Origin: Octopus sinensis
Taxonomy: Eukaryota
Assembly: GCF_006345805.1 (NCBI RefSeq)
Contig: NC_042998.1
Location: 148,862,001-148,926,000 of the forward strand
DNA: 64,000 nucleotides
Direction of reading: 5' to 3'
The notes under the pieces were generated by a model, which saw only the letters and a list, made by a program, of their open reading frames with translations, searched no databases and was not told where the DNA came from. Below, in pieces: positions 1 through 14,489 of the stretch (its first letter is position 1; every line of letters starts with the position of its first letter). A program made the translations under genes and the position numbers.

Positions 1-419
1 AACAATGGGTAATATTTCATCTGATGACTTATAATAAAAGGTACATGCAATTAGTGCTCAGGTTGATTTTCTACCTAAACTGAACTTAAGCTGGTACTAA
101 AAGTGCAGGGATGTTATAACTACCTAAACGAGGATTGGTTATAGGTAGTGTTTCAATCAATTTGATATATTTATAATAGAAGTACAAACAGCCAAGCAAC
201 TGATATCCGGTCAATTGGTATCAGGGTAGAAATGTATGTTACAGCAGTTGGGGTGGTCTAAACACATGTAACATCTATTTCTACCCTCAAGTATGTCAAT
301 GTATAATTATATAAATGTCATAATCTTCCCTGATAACAGTTGCTTGTCTGGCTTTACTTCTATTCTACCATGTTAATATATGTATAAGGTGGCTAGCGGG
401 CAGAATCGCTAGTTTTATA

Positions 420-625
420 GAAACTTCTTTCCAAATTCCTATTTTGTTTAACATACATTAACATGTGTAAGTTGAACTAAATAAAACTTTTGAGAAAGAA
501 ACCCAGCTGTTTATGACAATAAAAACATTTAAATCAAAATTTTTCACGGACCCTTAAAATTCTACTGCGGATCCCCATTTTACTATTTCGCTAGCGTAGA
601 ACCCCCAAAATATTACACGGACCCT
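420..625 (+). mobile_element. Internal fragment of the hAT-like MITE family also seen at 11017-11351
   Basis: Shares blocks aacatgtgta..agaaagaa..cagctgttt and ttttca..ggacccttaa..tact..ggatcccc with 11130-11290; no termini visible. Confidence 0.45.
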
Positions 626-1269
626 CTGGAAGCATATGAATCTTAGTTGAGAATTATTGCTTTGGAATAAAGCGTTAAGAGAGAAGAGAGCACAATAGGA
701 ATTAATTAGGGAATACTTCCAATGATGGAGTGAGTGCTGATATATAGTTAAAAATTGTTTTATTTCATATATATTGGCTAACACCGATTTTCTCCACGTA
801 CATGCACTTATTGATCACCAAATCCTGGAAACAGGTGCAAAGGATTACCTGTATTCTTTCTCCTTTTATTTGTGCGGTTTGAATATGAACGAATTTCTAC
901 CTAATTATCAAAAACTAATGCGAATGACTACTCGAATTCTCGTTTTCTGTTTTTTATATTTATTTTTATCTATGATGTATATCTATCAGTGAAAAACTAT
1001 AATGAACTTTTACTTTCCTGTTTTTGTTTTTCTACCGAATATATATATATTTTACACTCACTTCCGTATAAATATTTTGTTAGTGATTTGATGTAATTAA
1101 CAACCGCCTTAGCTCGACTGATACGTTGCCTTCGATTGACATTGGGTTTTAGGTATCTGGGTCCGTCTGAGCATTAATTATTTCTATCTATTATACAGCT
1201 CTTGCATATCATTACCCATTATAATACATATGTGTGTGCATATGTACATGTATATATATATATGTATAT

Positions 1270-1311
<42 letters not shown>

Positions 1312-1313
<2 letters not shown>

Positions 1314-1520
1314 GTGATCTCGTGTGTACCGTTGGCGATTTTTTCCCTCTGTCTTCCCTTCTCTGGATCTTTCCTTCTCCTATGTTTCCGACGAAGAGCT
1401 CCGCTCGAAACGTTAAACCCTCCTTCTTTCCTTCTTTCCTGAGCGTCCAATAATACTATATTTGTTCCACATCCTCGCGTTGTTGTGTTTTTTGTGCTTT
1501 CTAGTTTGGATTAACTTTAA
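1312..1520 (+). mobile_element. Short non-autonomous Penelope pLTR/retrozyme-like repeat, family H1, with minimal hammerhead motif
   Basis: GTTT-CCGACGA-A-GAGC-tcc-GCTC-GAAAC-GTT-AAAC at 1384-1418; flanked by (TA)n; homologous copies at 2830, 3050, 28285 and 57480. Confidence 0.65.
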
Positions 1521-2760
<1,240 letters not shown>

Positions 2761-2829
2761 TTCCTTCTCTTGAAAATCTCTTGTTTTTTAAAAATCATGA
2801 TTCGTCTACCTCTCAACTTCTGTCTTTCA

Positions 2830-3035
2830 ACATGTGATCTCTTGAGCACCACAGCAAAAAATTTTTTTCCTCTGTCTTCCCTTCTCGGGATCTTCCTGCT
2901 CCTTGTTCCGACAAGAGCTCCGCTCGAAACGTTAAACCCTCCTTCCCTTCTTTCCTGGGCGTCAAATAATACTTTAATGTTCCACGTCCTCGCGTTGCTG
3001 TGTTTTTTTCTGTGTTTTCTTGTTTGGATTAACTT
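2830..3035 (+). mobile_element. Family H1 copy (degenerate HHR core)
   Basis: Aligns to 1312-1520; core reads CCGAC-AA (G lost) then GAGCtccGCTC GAAACGTTAAAC at about 2905-2937. Confidence 0.6.
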
Positions 3036-3049
3036 TATATATATAAATA

Positions 3050-3240
3050 TAATTTTAATCCAAACGGGAAACAAAAAAACAACAACAATGGAACAATTAC
3101 AGTATTATTATTAATAGGCGCTCAGGAAATGGAAGCAGGGAGGTATGACGTTTCGAGCGGAGCTCTTCGTCGGAAACATAAAGAAGGAAGAGAGAGGAAA
3201 GAAAGATCCCAGAGCGGGCAACAGGGAAAGAGAAAAAAGA
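3050..3240 (-). mobile_element. Family H1 copy, inverted relative to 2830-3035
   Basis: Reverse complement reads gtttCCGACGAaGAGCtccGCTCGAAACGTCatac (3143-3177). Confidence 0.6.
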
Positions 3241-3349
3241 CGACTGGTGTTTACGAGTTGCACATGTGAAAGGCGGATGTTTACGAAAACAGAGCAAAGT
3301 GGGTTTTTAAAGGCAAAGAGTGGAGACAGGTTGGTAACGCAACAGATAT

Positions 3350-6046
3350 GTGTGTATGTGTGAGTGTGTGCGTGTGCGTGTGTGTATGGTGTGTGTGTGA
3401 GGCGAGATGAAAAAAACAAAAAAACATATATGTGTGTGTAGTGTGTGCGTCTGTGTGTAGGCGTGTGTGTGAGTAGGGCGAGACAGTTGTCAGCTTAGCA
3501 GACAAAGGTCAGTAGTAAGAAAAGAAGAGGAAGGAGGAAGGGAGGGAGGGGAAGGGGTGGGGGCGTATGTAGCGTGCCAGCGTGTGTTTTGAGTAGTAGT
3601 GTGGTGTGTGTGTCCAGTGTCGTGGTGGTATAAATGGAGAGTGAGTAAATTGAATGTGTGTAAGAGTAATGTATATATTAAGCAATGTGTGTATATGTGT
3701 GCGCGTGTGTGTAACGAAAAAAAGGGGGGGGTTAAGGAAAAAGGACTCCAGCTGAGGGGAAGATGGAAGAGTGGTCCCGCGGAGGCGGGCGTGGGAAAAC
3801 CCAACGACACGCGACGGTCCAGGAACGGGCGGGAGGGAGGTCTGTCGGTTCCAAGAGCGAGGTGCCTGCGGAGCGTATGCGTGCGCGAACCGGCGCAAGC
3901 GCGTGCGTGCGCGCGCCTGCGAGTATGCGTGCGTAAGTATGTATGTGGTGGATGTGTGAGTGCGTCTGTGTGTATGTCCGGGTGGCAGTGTGTCCGATGA
4001 ATGTATGTGAGAGTATGTGTGTATGTATGTGTGTGCATAGATGTATGTCCGTGTGTGTGTGTGTGTATGTGTGGAGTGTGTATGTATGTACGTGTGGGTG
4101 TGGGGAAGGTGTGTATGTGCATGTGTGTGCGCGTACATACAGGTGTGTGAGTGAGTGTGTGTGTGGTATGTATGTGTGAGTGTGTATGTATGTGTGTGTA
4201 GGATGCATGTATGTGTATGGGTGTATGTATGCGTGTGTGTATGTATGTATGTGTACGTGCGTGTGTGTGTGTGTGTATGCGTGTAGGTGTGGCGCGTGTG
4301 CATGCATGCATGCATGCATGTGCGTATGTGTGTGTGTGTGTGCATGTGTGTGGGTATATATGTATGTGCGTATATGTGTGTGTATGTGCGTACATGTGTG
4401 TGTGTGTGTATGCATGTGTGTGTATGTAGGTGTGTAGGCGCGTGTGTTATAGGTGTATGTATGTAAGTATGTATGGGTGTGTCCGTGTATGTGTGTGTAT
4501 GTATGTGTGTGTATGTAGGTGTGTGGGCGTGTGTATATGTGTGTGTATGTAGGTGTGTGGGCGTGTGTATATAGGTGTATGTGTGTATGTTGGGTGTGTC
4601 CGTGCATGTTTGTGTGTGTGTGTGTATGCATGTGTATGTAGGTGTGTGTGTACGTGTGTAATGTATGTGTGTATGCGTGTGTATGCGTGCGTGTGTGTAT
4701 GTAGGTGCGTGTGTATGTGTGTGGGAGTGTAGGTGTGTGTGTGCGTGTGCGTGTTTATGTTGGTGTGTGCGTATGTGAGTGTGAGTGTATGGGTGTTTGT
4801 CATGCATGTGTGTGCGCGTGCAGGTGAGTGTGTGTGTAAGTATGTGTGTGTGTATGTTTGTGTGTGTATGTATGTGCGTATAGGAGTATGTGGGTATGTG
4901 TGTGTGTATGTATATGGGTGTATGTATGTATGTGTGTGTGTGTGCATGTGTATAAGTATATGTGTGTGTGCGTATGTGTGTATATGTGTATGTGTGTGTG
5001 TTTTGTTTATGTGTGTGTATGTATGTGTGTAGGCGTGTGTGTGTAGATGTATGTAGTATGGGTGTGTGTCCGTGTGTGTGGTGTGTGTGTGTAGGTAGGT
5101 GTGTGTCTGAGTGAGGGTATGGCTGTGTAGGTGTGTGTGTGTATGAATGTAAGTGTGTGTGTATACAAGTGTAATGTATGTATGTAGGTGTGTGTGTGTG
5201 TGTGTGTATGTGTACGTGTGCGTGTGTATGTGTGTTGTGTGTATGCGTGTGAGTGTGAGTGTATGGGTGTATGTCTGTGTGTGTGTATGTCTGAAGTAGG
5301 TATGTATGTGTATGTATGTATGTGTGTGTGTGTGTGCAGGTATGTGTGTGTATGTGTGTGTGAGTAGGTGTGCGTGTATGTATGGGTAGGGATGCATGCG
5401 AGTGTGTGGGTATGTATGCATACATACGCACGCGCACATCCGAAGCAAGCCCACACACACGAAGCGCGCCCACGCACACAACGCACAAGCAGTACAACGC
5501 AAGCCCAAGGGGCCGACCAAGCCCCCAGCGCGCGCCAAGGCCCTCGAACGCCCCGCTACGCGGGAACCGAGGATCCATCAGCCAAAACCGGAAAGCGGAA
5601 AAGAGGGGGGGCTGCCTGGATGCAAAAAGGTGTATGTGTGTGTGCATTCAGTGTAAGGGTGTGCATGTGTAGGTATGTATGTATGTATGTGCCTACATGT
5701 ATGTTTGCATGTGTGGGTGTGAAGTATGTACGTGCGGTGTGGGGTGTTGTGTGAGTGTGTGGTTGTATGTGCGTATGTATGTGTGTGGTATGTGTGGATG
5801 TATGTCTGTGTGTGTGGTGTGTGTAAGTATGAAGTGTGTGCGTATGTAGGTATGTGTGTGTGTATGTGCATGTGGTTTGTATGTTAGTGTGTGTTGTATG
5901 CTGTAAGTGTGTGTGATTAAATGTGTGAATGTGTGTACGTAGAGGGTCTACGTATGTGTGTGTGAACAGCGGCGTGTGGGAGGTAGGTGGGTGGGTGTGT
6001 GCGTGTGGGAGGTAGGGGGGTGGGTGTGTGTGGGTGGTGTGTCCAC

Positions 6047-6078
<32 letters not shown>

Positions 6079-6110
6079 TGCATATATATACATACCTACA
6101 CACACGCACA
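3350..6110. repeat. Degenerate (GT)n/(GTAT)n low-complexity tract, possibly low-quality consensus
   Basis: Irregular GT/GTAT runs with garbled GC-rich interruptions. Confidence 0.85.
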
Positions 6111-6214
6111 CATTATGGAAAATAAGGAGACTGAAGTGAGCGAGTCATTTTACTACTCCAGTTTACAATTGCTTCATATTAATTGAAACAGTCGATCTTA
6201 CATCATTATGTAAT

Positions 6215-6372
6215 AATGCATAGCGGTTCGGCAAAAGAGACCGATAGAATAAGCACTGGGTTTACAAAGAATAAGTCTCGGGATCGTGTTGCTCGATTAA
6301 AGGCGGTGCTCCAGCATGGCAGCAGTCAAATGACTGAAACAAGTAAAAGAGTAAAAGAGAGTAAGAGTAAAT
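6215..6372 (+). mobile_element. 3' portion of SINE family A
   Basis: tagcggttcggcaaaagagaccgatagaataag..aaggcggtgctccagcatggc..tgactgaaacaagtaaaaga(gtaaaaga)n, shared with 26140-26285 and 47100-47230. Confidence 0.8.
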
Positions 6373-7240
6373 ATTGATTACTTTTCATGTGGAATTCAGG
6401 CTAACACCTGTTGAAGAAGACACTTCTGATATGTGCATGAAATAGTAAGCGGAAATTCACTTAAAGGACACTGAATATGTATAATATGCAGGACGTCTAT
6501 TTGTAATGTTTATGTCTATTCAATGATCTTTGAGTAAATTTCAATATATTATTTGATACACAATTCAGAAGAATGTTATTCAGCATGTGGTATTAGTATT
6601 AATCTCAATGGTATATGGAAAGTAACCAACAGTTGCAGGTATTATTATATATTGTTGTAAGATTGATTGTTTGAATTAAGATGAAACAACTGTAATTTGG
6701 GATCTTTTCTATTCTGAAGCCAGTTTTTTCAAATTTTTCCTACTGAACCAAACAATTTGAAACTTCGTATACTGGTAGAATGTGTCAAAAGTAAACTTAA
6801 TTGTAAACCAGAATGAAAACGGAATTGTAACTTCTAAGTTTAACGTTGTTTAATAATTAGAATTTTAACCAATGATATTCCGTCATTCGGCATTATTTTA
6901 TTTACTCCGTCTCGACCACCAATTTCGTGACGTATTAAACAATGTAAACAAGCTATAGTCAGCCACCTTCTAATAACAAAAGTTTGTCTTTGAAGTTACC
7001 GTCTAGGGGAAGCATTGATGTACATGTGTGTGTGTGTGTGTTTGATGGGGTGTGGGAGACAGTATGTTGTGTAAGTGAAGTGCTTCTGTTAGTGTGTGTG
7101 AAGAGACAGAGAGAGTAATGTGTGAAAGAGAGAGATAACTGAAATTTTTTACTCGGTGTATGTGTATACTTACACACACACACACACACACATACATACA
7201 CACACACATACAGACATACATATACACATACACCGAGTAA

Positions 7241-7291
<51 letters not shown>

Positions 7292-7294
7292 TTT

Positions 7295-7562
7295 ATAAAA
7301 ATATGGTAAAGTAAAAAAATTACTTAACCACACACCGAGCTTTTTAGAAATAGCAGCCAAAAATTCTCAACTGCAAGAAAAAGTCTCCCAGACAATGCAT
7401 ACTCAGAAATAATTCACATACGTATAAGAGAAAAACAACGAAAAATCACATGGATTCTCCGATATATGTTATAAAAATATGGATTCTCCGATATAATATA
7501 TAAAAATATGGTAAAGTAAAAAAATTACTTTACCACACACAAAGCTTTTTAGAAATAGCAGA
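7295..7562. repeat. Short direct duplication related to the 557-bp monomer at 52.7-53.9 kb
   Basis: atatggtaaagtaaaaaaattactt..ccacac..gctttttagaaatagcag at about 7301 and 7506; resembles gtaaaataaattactttgccacatactgaactcattagaaatagcag at about 52815. Confidence 0.55.
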
Positions 7563-8243
7563 CGTCACAAAACTGCTTTCAACGTCACACTAACAGATCG
7601 CAGTAACGTTTTAGATATGAAAACAAGCAATCTCATTGGTTAAAATTCGCAGTTTTAATCTACGATTAAAGTCATAAAATAGATTTTTCTCAAATAAACT
7701 AGTTTCAACTGGCGAATAAACTAGTTCCACTCTATGAGTACACAAAGTTTCAAATTATTTAGTTAACTAGAAAGATCTGGAGTCCTGGCCACAAATTTGA
7801 AAAGATCCGTAATTTGTGGTAGTAAAATTACTTGCTTACTCAATTCTTCTTATTTGTGATTTTAAAAATTACCATGGAGAATTGTGGAGTTTCGGGCATA
7901 TATTTGGAAGAAGAAACTACCACTTATTTACAGCTTTCTCTCATTCATATCCCTGGGTGAGCTTAATTCGGTAAACATCAAGGTTAAATATCCCAATGAA
8001 ATTATACATACATACATACATACATACATACATACATACGTACATACATACATACATATGAGTGTGTGTGTGTGTGTATGTGTGCGTCTTATATATATAT
8101 TACATATGTGTGTATGTACAGGCATATATAAGTATATACGTATTTGTGTGTCTGCATGCGTGCACGCGCGTAAAACAAACACACATATATGTTTTGTGTA
8201 TGTCTACGTATTTATAGAAGCACAAACACAATATATATATGTA

Positions 8244-8292
<49 letters not shown>

Positions 8293-9224
8293 TATATATA
8301 TAGGTGAGAGAGTTGGTATATATATATATATATATATACACTTACGTAATCACATATGGACAAACGCACATTCATACGTACAAATACATATACGCTAACA
8401 ACACACACACATACGCAAGACTAATAAACACCTCTTCGTTCACACCTTCTCGTCGTCGTCGTCCTCCTCCTTCTCCTCTACCTCCGCCTCCCTCTCCGCT
8501 TCTTCTCCTCAATGTCTCTTGACACATACAACTGATAGGTTTACGTCTCTTATTTCACGTCATTCCACCGAATATAGCACATAACCATACCCACTCCCCA
8601 ACTATATACCGACACCCCAAACTTTCCCCACCGTGAACTTTGCTCCCTTCCACCTCCCTCTCTATATACCTCTTGCTCTCTTCTTCAATTCCTATTTTCC
8701 CTTCACTCTTCTCATTACTCTCTCAACATCTTTTTGTCTTCTCTTTCCTTCTTTCTTTCCATCTAACTCACTTTTTCTCACGGTCATCTCTCTCTCTCTC
8801 ACACACTCTCTTTCTCTCTCCCTCTCTCTCACACCTACAATCACATACACACATGCACATACATATACACACGTACACTCACGCACGCACATAGAATCAT
8901 ACATACATACGTATATATATATATATATATATACACTTGCTTACATACACACACGCACACATATGTATGTATAAATACACGTCCATATGTATCTGTATGT
9001 ATATTTATAAGCGTGTGCGCGTGTTTTTTCTGTATATTAAGTGTAAGAAGACGCCAATAAATGCGTAGAATGTGTATACATACATACATACAGGCATACA
9101 CATCACACACACATACACACCCACCAATACACATATATACATATATACATATACATACATATATTACATATTATAGATATATACATACATATATACATAC
9201 ATATATACATACATATATATATAT

Positions 9225-9770
9225 GTCCTCACGTGACCAGCCAGCGACTACTGCCTTTTCGCATCCAGCAGTCATTGTGGCAATACGTATTTGTTTGTTC
9301 TCTGTGGCCTTAAGGTACTCTTCTATAGCCAGCTCAAAACTTAACTCGTCCTGTCGAAAAGACGCTTGTCCTGACGTCCTGGTTTTGTTGTTATCCTTAC
9401 CATTATTGTTTTTACGTATTTTGTATTCTTATTCGTGCTATCATTATTGTTTTTACGTATTTTGTATTCTTATTCGTGCTATCATTATTGTTTTTACGTA
9501 TTTTTGTATTTTTATTCGTGTAACATCGTCCGTTTTCCGTCCCTGTGTTTTATACATTCGAGGCTTTCTTCCAAGGAATCTAATGCGCATGGCTTAGATT
9601 TCCCTTGAGGGCTGCCCAGATCGGAGCAATCTCAAGATTAATCAGCCGAAATTGCGAAGATGATCCGGTTCTTGACTGATGATTGAGGGCTTCGAATGTC
9701 CCGTCCGTGTTTTTTGTGTCGTCTTCTAAATGTTTCACGTTCTTGTCCCAGTTTGTATATTTTTTTACTT
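9225..9770 (+). mobile_element. Non-autonomous repeat between TA-rich tracts carrying a candidate permuted hammerhead
   Basis: Internal ~41-bp tandem (cattattgtttttacgtattttgtattcttattcgtgctat) at about 9402-9520; HHR segments at 9626-9691. Confidence 0.5.
9619..9691 (+). ncRNA. Candidate non-circularly permuted hammerhead ribozyme (version 2)
   Basis: GCAA-TC / TCAAGA..AGCC-GAAA-TTGC..TCTTGA-CTGATGA; stem I 6 bp, stem III 5 bp, stem II imperfect. Confidence 0.5.
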
Positions 9771-9867
9771 TTATATATATATATATATGTATAATATGAA
9801 ATATATATATTACATATTATACATATATATATATGTATAATATGAAATATATATATTACATATTATA

Positions 9868-9898
<31 letters not shown>

Positions 9899-11016
9899 TG
9901 TACGGAGCTGACACATTGGTGTGAAATACAATTATACAAAAGAAACTAGCAGACATCCCTATTCGTACAGTGGAATAATATTTGCTAAAATTTGAGTTCG
10001 AATGAATCACTACCTGATGTTTCGTAATCCCGATCCTCAAGCAACTTCTGATGTACGAAGCTTTCTTACACTTTTGTGAGTATGTATGTATGATCAATCA
10101 ATAAAAACAAGAACAAATCATAAGGGGATTGATTTTTTCACAGGGGTGTAATTAATTTCCCGCTTGAAGGGAAAACGGAAGAGACAGCGGTCCTTGACGT
10201 TTTGGATATGGAGTTATTTATCAGAGAAAAAAGACAAAAGATAAGGGTGGTGGAAAGGAGAGAAGAGAGAAAGGAAAAGTCGTTAGGGGCTGAGTGGGGA
10301 TGCAATTTTATGAGAATTTAAGAAAAGAGCAAGAGGCGAGAGGTTGTGGGTATATAAAGGAGATGGGTATAGGCTGGAGAGTATCGGTATGGATTTCAGG
10401 TGGTTAGCTGGGGAGATTGATTTGAGTGGGAAATGAATATGGTATCTTTAAGAGGGGAAACAAAATAAATGAGGGGAACAGTGTATTGAGATAACGAAAG
10501 ATTAACAGAAGGTGGAGGAAAAATTTCAAAGTGGATAAAAGTGGAAGAAAAAGTGGAAATAGAAATTTATAAAAACCAAGTTAAACGTAAGAGAAGGTAA
10601 AAAGGCAGTGAGAAGGAGAAGAGAATGGTTAACAAAAATATGTATAAGACATGTAAGTATTGAAAAGGAGCAGTTGCTAAAAGAAGAGGTAACTGTGAAA
10701 AGGATATACAGAAAGGAACGTGAAGAAAAATGTATTTTAACAAAAAATACGTACAAAGAAAATAATTTTCTTTAAGAGTCAATCTATAAAATGATATAGA
10801 AAATATTATGGTAAAAGCAGAGATGACTGGAAAAGATAGGTTAAAAAACAATAATTATATAAACACCATCTCGAATTTGCGGCAAGAAATCACAAGTGAA
10901 ATAGGAGATGTAAATGGGAAATCACTTTGAAATAATTCATCGGATTTTGAGACGAGAGATTGGCGTTTAAAAAAGATTTAGCTGCTATTTCTAGCTGGTG
11001 GAAGGACTGTGTAAAG

Positions 11017-11351
11017 CAGGGGTTCTCGAACTTTTTTTTTATTTATAGACCCTTTTGATTACTGTTTTTTTTTATTCTAATGCCCCCCTAGCCATTTCGA
11101 TATTTAAAATTTCTATTTTGTTCTGACATTAACATGTGTAGGCTAAACTATGTAAAATGTTAGAGAAAGAATCCTAGCTGTTTCTTGCAATATATACCAA
11201 TTCATATATGTCCAAAGCAAAAGTTTTTCAGGGGCCCTTAATATACTATTGTGAGTCCCCAATTTACTGTTCTGTTGCATGGATCCCCCTCCCAAAAAAG
11301 AATCTTATATGAACCCTCAAGTGCCATATGGACCTCGTTTGAGAACTTCTG
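11017..11351. mobile_element. hAT (Charlie-like) MITE
   Basis: Termini CAGGGGTTCTCGAAC / GTTTGAGAACTTCTG; imperfect 8-bp TSD GTGTAAAG / GTGTAGGG. Confidence 0.7.
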
Positions 11352-11640
11352 GTGTAGGGAGTTGTCTGGTTAGGTTGTGCTGACACACACAAGAATGTAC
11401 ATAATTCTATAGAAAAGCTACATGGTGAGTATATATTCCAATTCTAAGATGTAATCAATTAACCATTGTATGTTAGAGTAAGTAGTATGGTTGTTAACCA
11501 GGTAGAAATATGGTATATCTGGATCTATGGATATGAGGATTGTATCCTTGTGGCTCTGCCGACTATCTTGCAAACTTTGATATCAGGCTCGGCCTGTGGT
11601 TAAAGAGTAGCAACAAAACAGCAAACAGCCTAAATAAGTG

Positions 11641-11856
11641 CGAGGGGTGCTGAAAAGTTCCTGGTTTTTGGTAAAAAAGAATGCAAAAGGATCAGTTAAT
11701 TATGATCTTATTCAACATATTCACCTCTTAGATTCACGCACTTATTGCAGCGGTTCTTCAGTTATTCTAAGCTCTGTAAAAGAACTCGGAACGTTGGACC
11801 TCCAGCCAGGCCTTTCGTGACACCCCTAAAGCCATGAACTTTTCAGCACCACTACG
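11641..11856. mobile_element. mariner-type MITE
   Basis: TIRs CGAGGGGTGCTGAAAAGTTCCTGG / CCATGAACTTTTCAGCACCACTACG followed by TA. Confidence 0.7.
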
Positions 11857-12297
11857 TATATGACCATGACGCAATATTATTAAAACCACCAGTTTAACTA
11901 CAGCGGCTCCATCAAACAGCGTTCCCGTCGCAGTCTTTAAACACCATCACATCACCACCATCTCCACTACAAGTAAATAAAGTTGCGTCTATACTGTCAC
12001 TGAACCGGCTAGAAATAGCAGTCATATACAGATATAAAATATTTCTCTGTCGCTTGATTATGCTAATAATAAAAACCATGGATGGACAGTTTACATAATA
12101 TAGTACGAAATTACTCTACGTCTGAACAGATTGGATGGTCACGTTAGAATAGCGTTCATCTTGTTCCTATTCCACCTGGGCTGAATAATTGGATTGACCA
12201 AATGGGTGAAACAAAACTTACAACTTTTCTATCGTCATCATCATCAGCCTATTTATTTTTACAATCTCCTATCAAATCTCTCTCTCTTTCCCACTCC

Positions 12298-12388
<91 letters not shown>

Positions 12389-12842
12389 GCCAGTAGGCGT
12401 GACACCAGTACAACTATTTTGGATTTCTCTTTTGAAAAGGTCACTCGCTGTTGAAGAGCAAGACCAGTTATTTATGATCCAGTCTTTGCTATGCCCAAAG
12501 CGTGTGGTCATCAGGGGAGATAATCAGAGATAAAGAGAGAATTGGCAGTATCTTTCTCTTACTATCATTCTTATATAGTGAACAATCCCGACATCCGGCA
12601 TATCGAAATTGTTGCATTTGATTAACTGAAACTTAAAAATAAACTTTTAATTCTTCTAAACTGTTTTATTATCAATTTTTCCAAAACATGTTTGTTTTCC
12701 ATAATTACTATAAAAAAACTACATCTGTGCAGAAATATCCAGAAATCGGATCCAGTGTTCCAAACAGAAAAGATCCCTGTTGAGTTGTGTGTTCTTTCCA
12801 TGAAAAAAAAAACCAAAATGGTCACCGCAGGAATGTCTTTAA

Positions 12843-13042
12843 TCCTTTAGCATTCAGATTATTCTGTCAAATGCTATGCATATTTATTCACATTGTTTTG
12901 AATTCATTATGTATTATCTCAAAGCTTTGAGATTTCATAGGATGACATTGAGGAATAAGTGTGAGAGGCCGGATGTGTTTAGCTTGAACATAAAACAGAT
13001 AGAATATTTAAGCCTAATATGGCTGGTTTAAATGCTAAATGG
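12843..13042. mobile_element. piggyBac-like MITE
   Basis: TTAA-TCCTTTAGCATT ... AATGCTAAATGG-TTAA. Confidence 0.7.
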
Positions 13043-13109
13043 TTAATGTACAATAGTTACAGAGGTGTACACAACCAAGGTTGATCTGAGGCTCAAAGAC
13101 AACTAAAAC

Positions 13110-14330
13110 AGCCGTAACAACAACTACAACCGCTTCCATACCATCAAAACTATATTCAGTGTAATACTACCATCAACGCAGCATCATCGCCTTAACACTA
13201 CAACCAACGCAGACGACAGAACACTCCTTTACTGTAACCGAAACCTTACAAAACATATCAACAACCGGTGATATAACCACCACCAACAACAACAACACTG
13301 CCACCAAACCGCCGCCACCACTATGACACAATTTCTTAAGCAAACTATATCACAACCTTCAACATCCATCAGCACCACCATCACCACTACCCCACCACCA
13401 CCTCCGCCGCCGCCGCTACATCCTTATCAGCTTTACCGCGACAGGCACCATGCCACTCTCTTAAATATACTTCTGCCTCTACCACACCCTCCTATCGTAC
13501 TTTGATCGCCACAACACCACTATCGTTGCTTCTACTACTGCTGCTTCTAGCCACACCCTTAGTTTACCCCCTCTTCCTTACAAGCCGTCAACCAGAAGTT
13601 CTATCAGAATAGCTACCACCACCACCACCACCACCACTACCACCACGGCACTCTTACTACTACCACGGCACTCTCACTACCACCACGACGGTTGTTTATC
13701 TGGTACTACCGCCACAGACACTACGACGACGATCACCACCACCACCTAAAACAACAATACCAGCACCACCTGTAACCGCCATCACCAAATGAGTCGTCTG
13801 GTCGACTGTATATCTACAACGACGACACGACAATAACGGCAACACCACCATTACTACTACAACCGCCACAACAGTCACCACAAACACCCTCAAAAAATTA
13901 AGACAGCCTAAAGTAATTAGACTACTACCACCATCACCACTACTACGACAATCAACACCATCACCACTACCACGACCAACACCACCACTACGACCAAAAC
14001 CACCACCACCACCACAGCCACTATCATCACCATCAACTTCACCACCCCCACCGCCAACACTGTCACCAACAAGACCACTACTACCACTACTACAGCGCCC
14101 CCATCACCCCCAAATTACCGCCAGTTCTACCACTCACCGTCACCCACAACTCCACCACTTCAACAGCATCATCCCCACCACACACGCCACCTGCGACTCT
14201 ACCGTCACCATTGTCAACACTAACACCGCCGCCATCATCACCGTATTCTCTAACTCTTTCCTCACCTCCACCACCCCATCGTCGATAACTGCACAAATTA
14301 GCCCTAACATCAACACTTCTATCAAACCTC
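13110..14330. repeat. Degenerate (ACC/ACA/ACT)n trinucleotide low-complexity region
   Basis: Direct inspection. Confidence 0.85.
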
Positions 14331-14489
14331 CCCCCTCTTACACACACACACACACAAACATACACCATTCCATATTTCAAACCCTATCTACCAAAATTCT
14401 ATCTCTCACTGTTACTCCCTTCTTCTTCGACTAATGCATTTATCTCTCTTTCTCTCTTCCTCTCTCTCACACACACACACATACACACT

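Noticed and set aside
1407-1452. Alternative H1 fold with long-loop stem III (ACGTT/AGCGT, GUC at about 1447)
   Set aside because: Stem I pairing is poor in that register and two copies have GCC there; the loop-less register shows compensatory stem I.
3700-3930. GC-rich island inside the GT tract (also 5420-5630)
   Set aside because: It looks like garbled low-quality consensus (5480-5630 faintly resembles SINE A); no supportable structure.
6405-6455. TTGAAGA..GAAATAGTA as an HHR
   Set aside because: Stems I and II are too weak to distinguish from chance.
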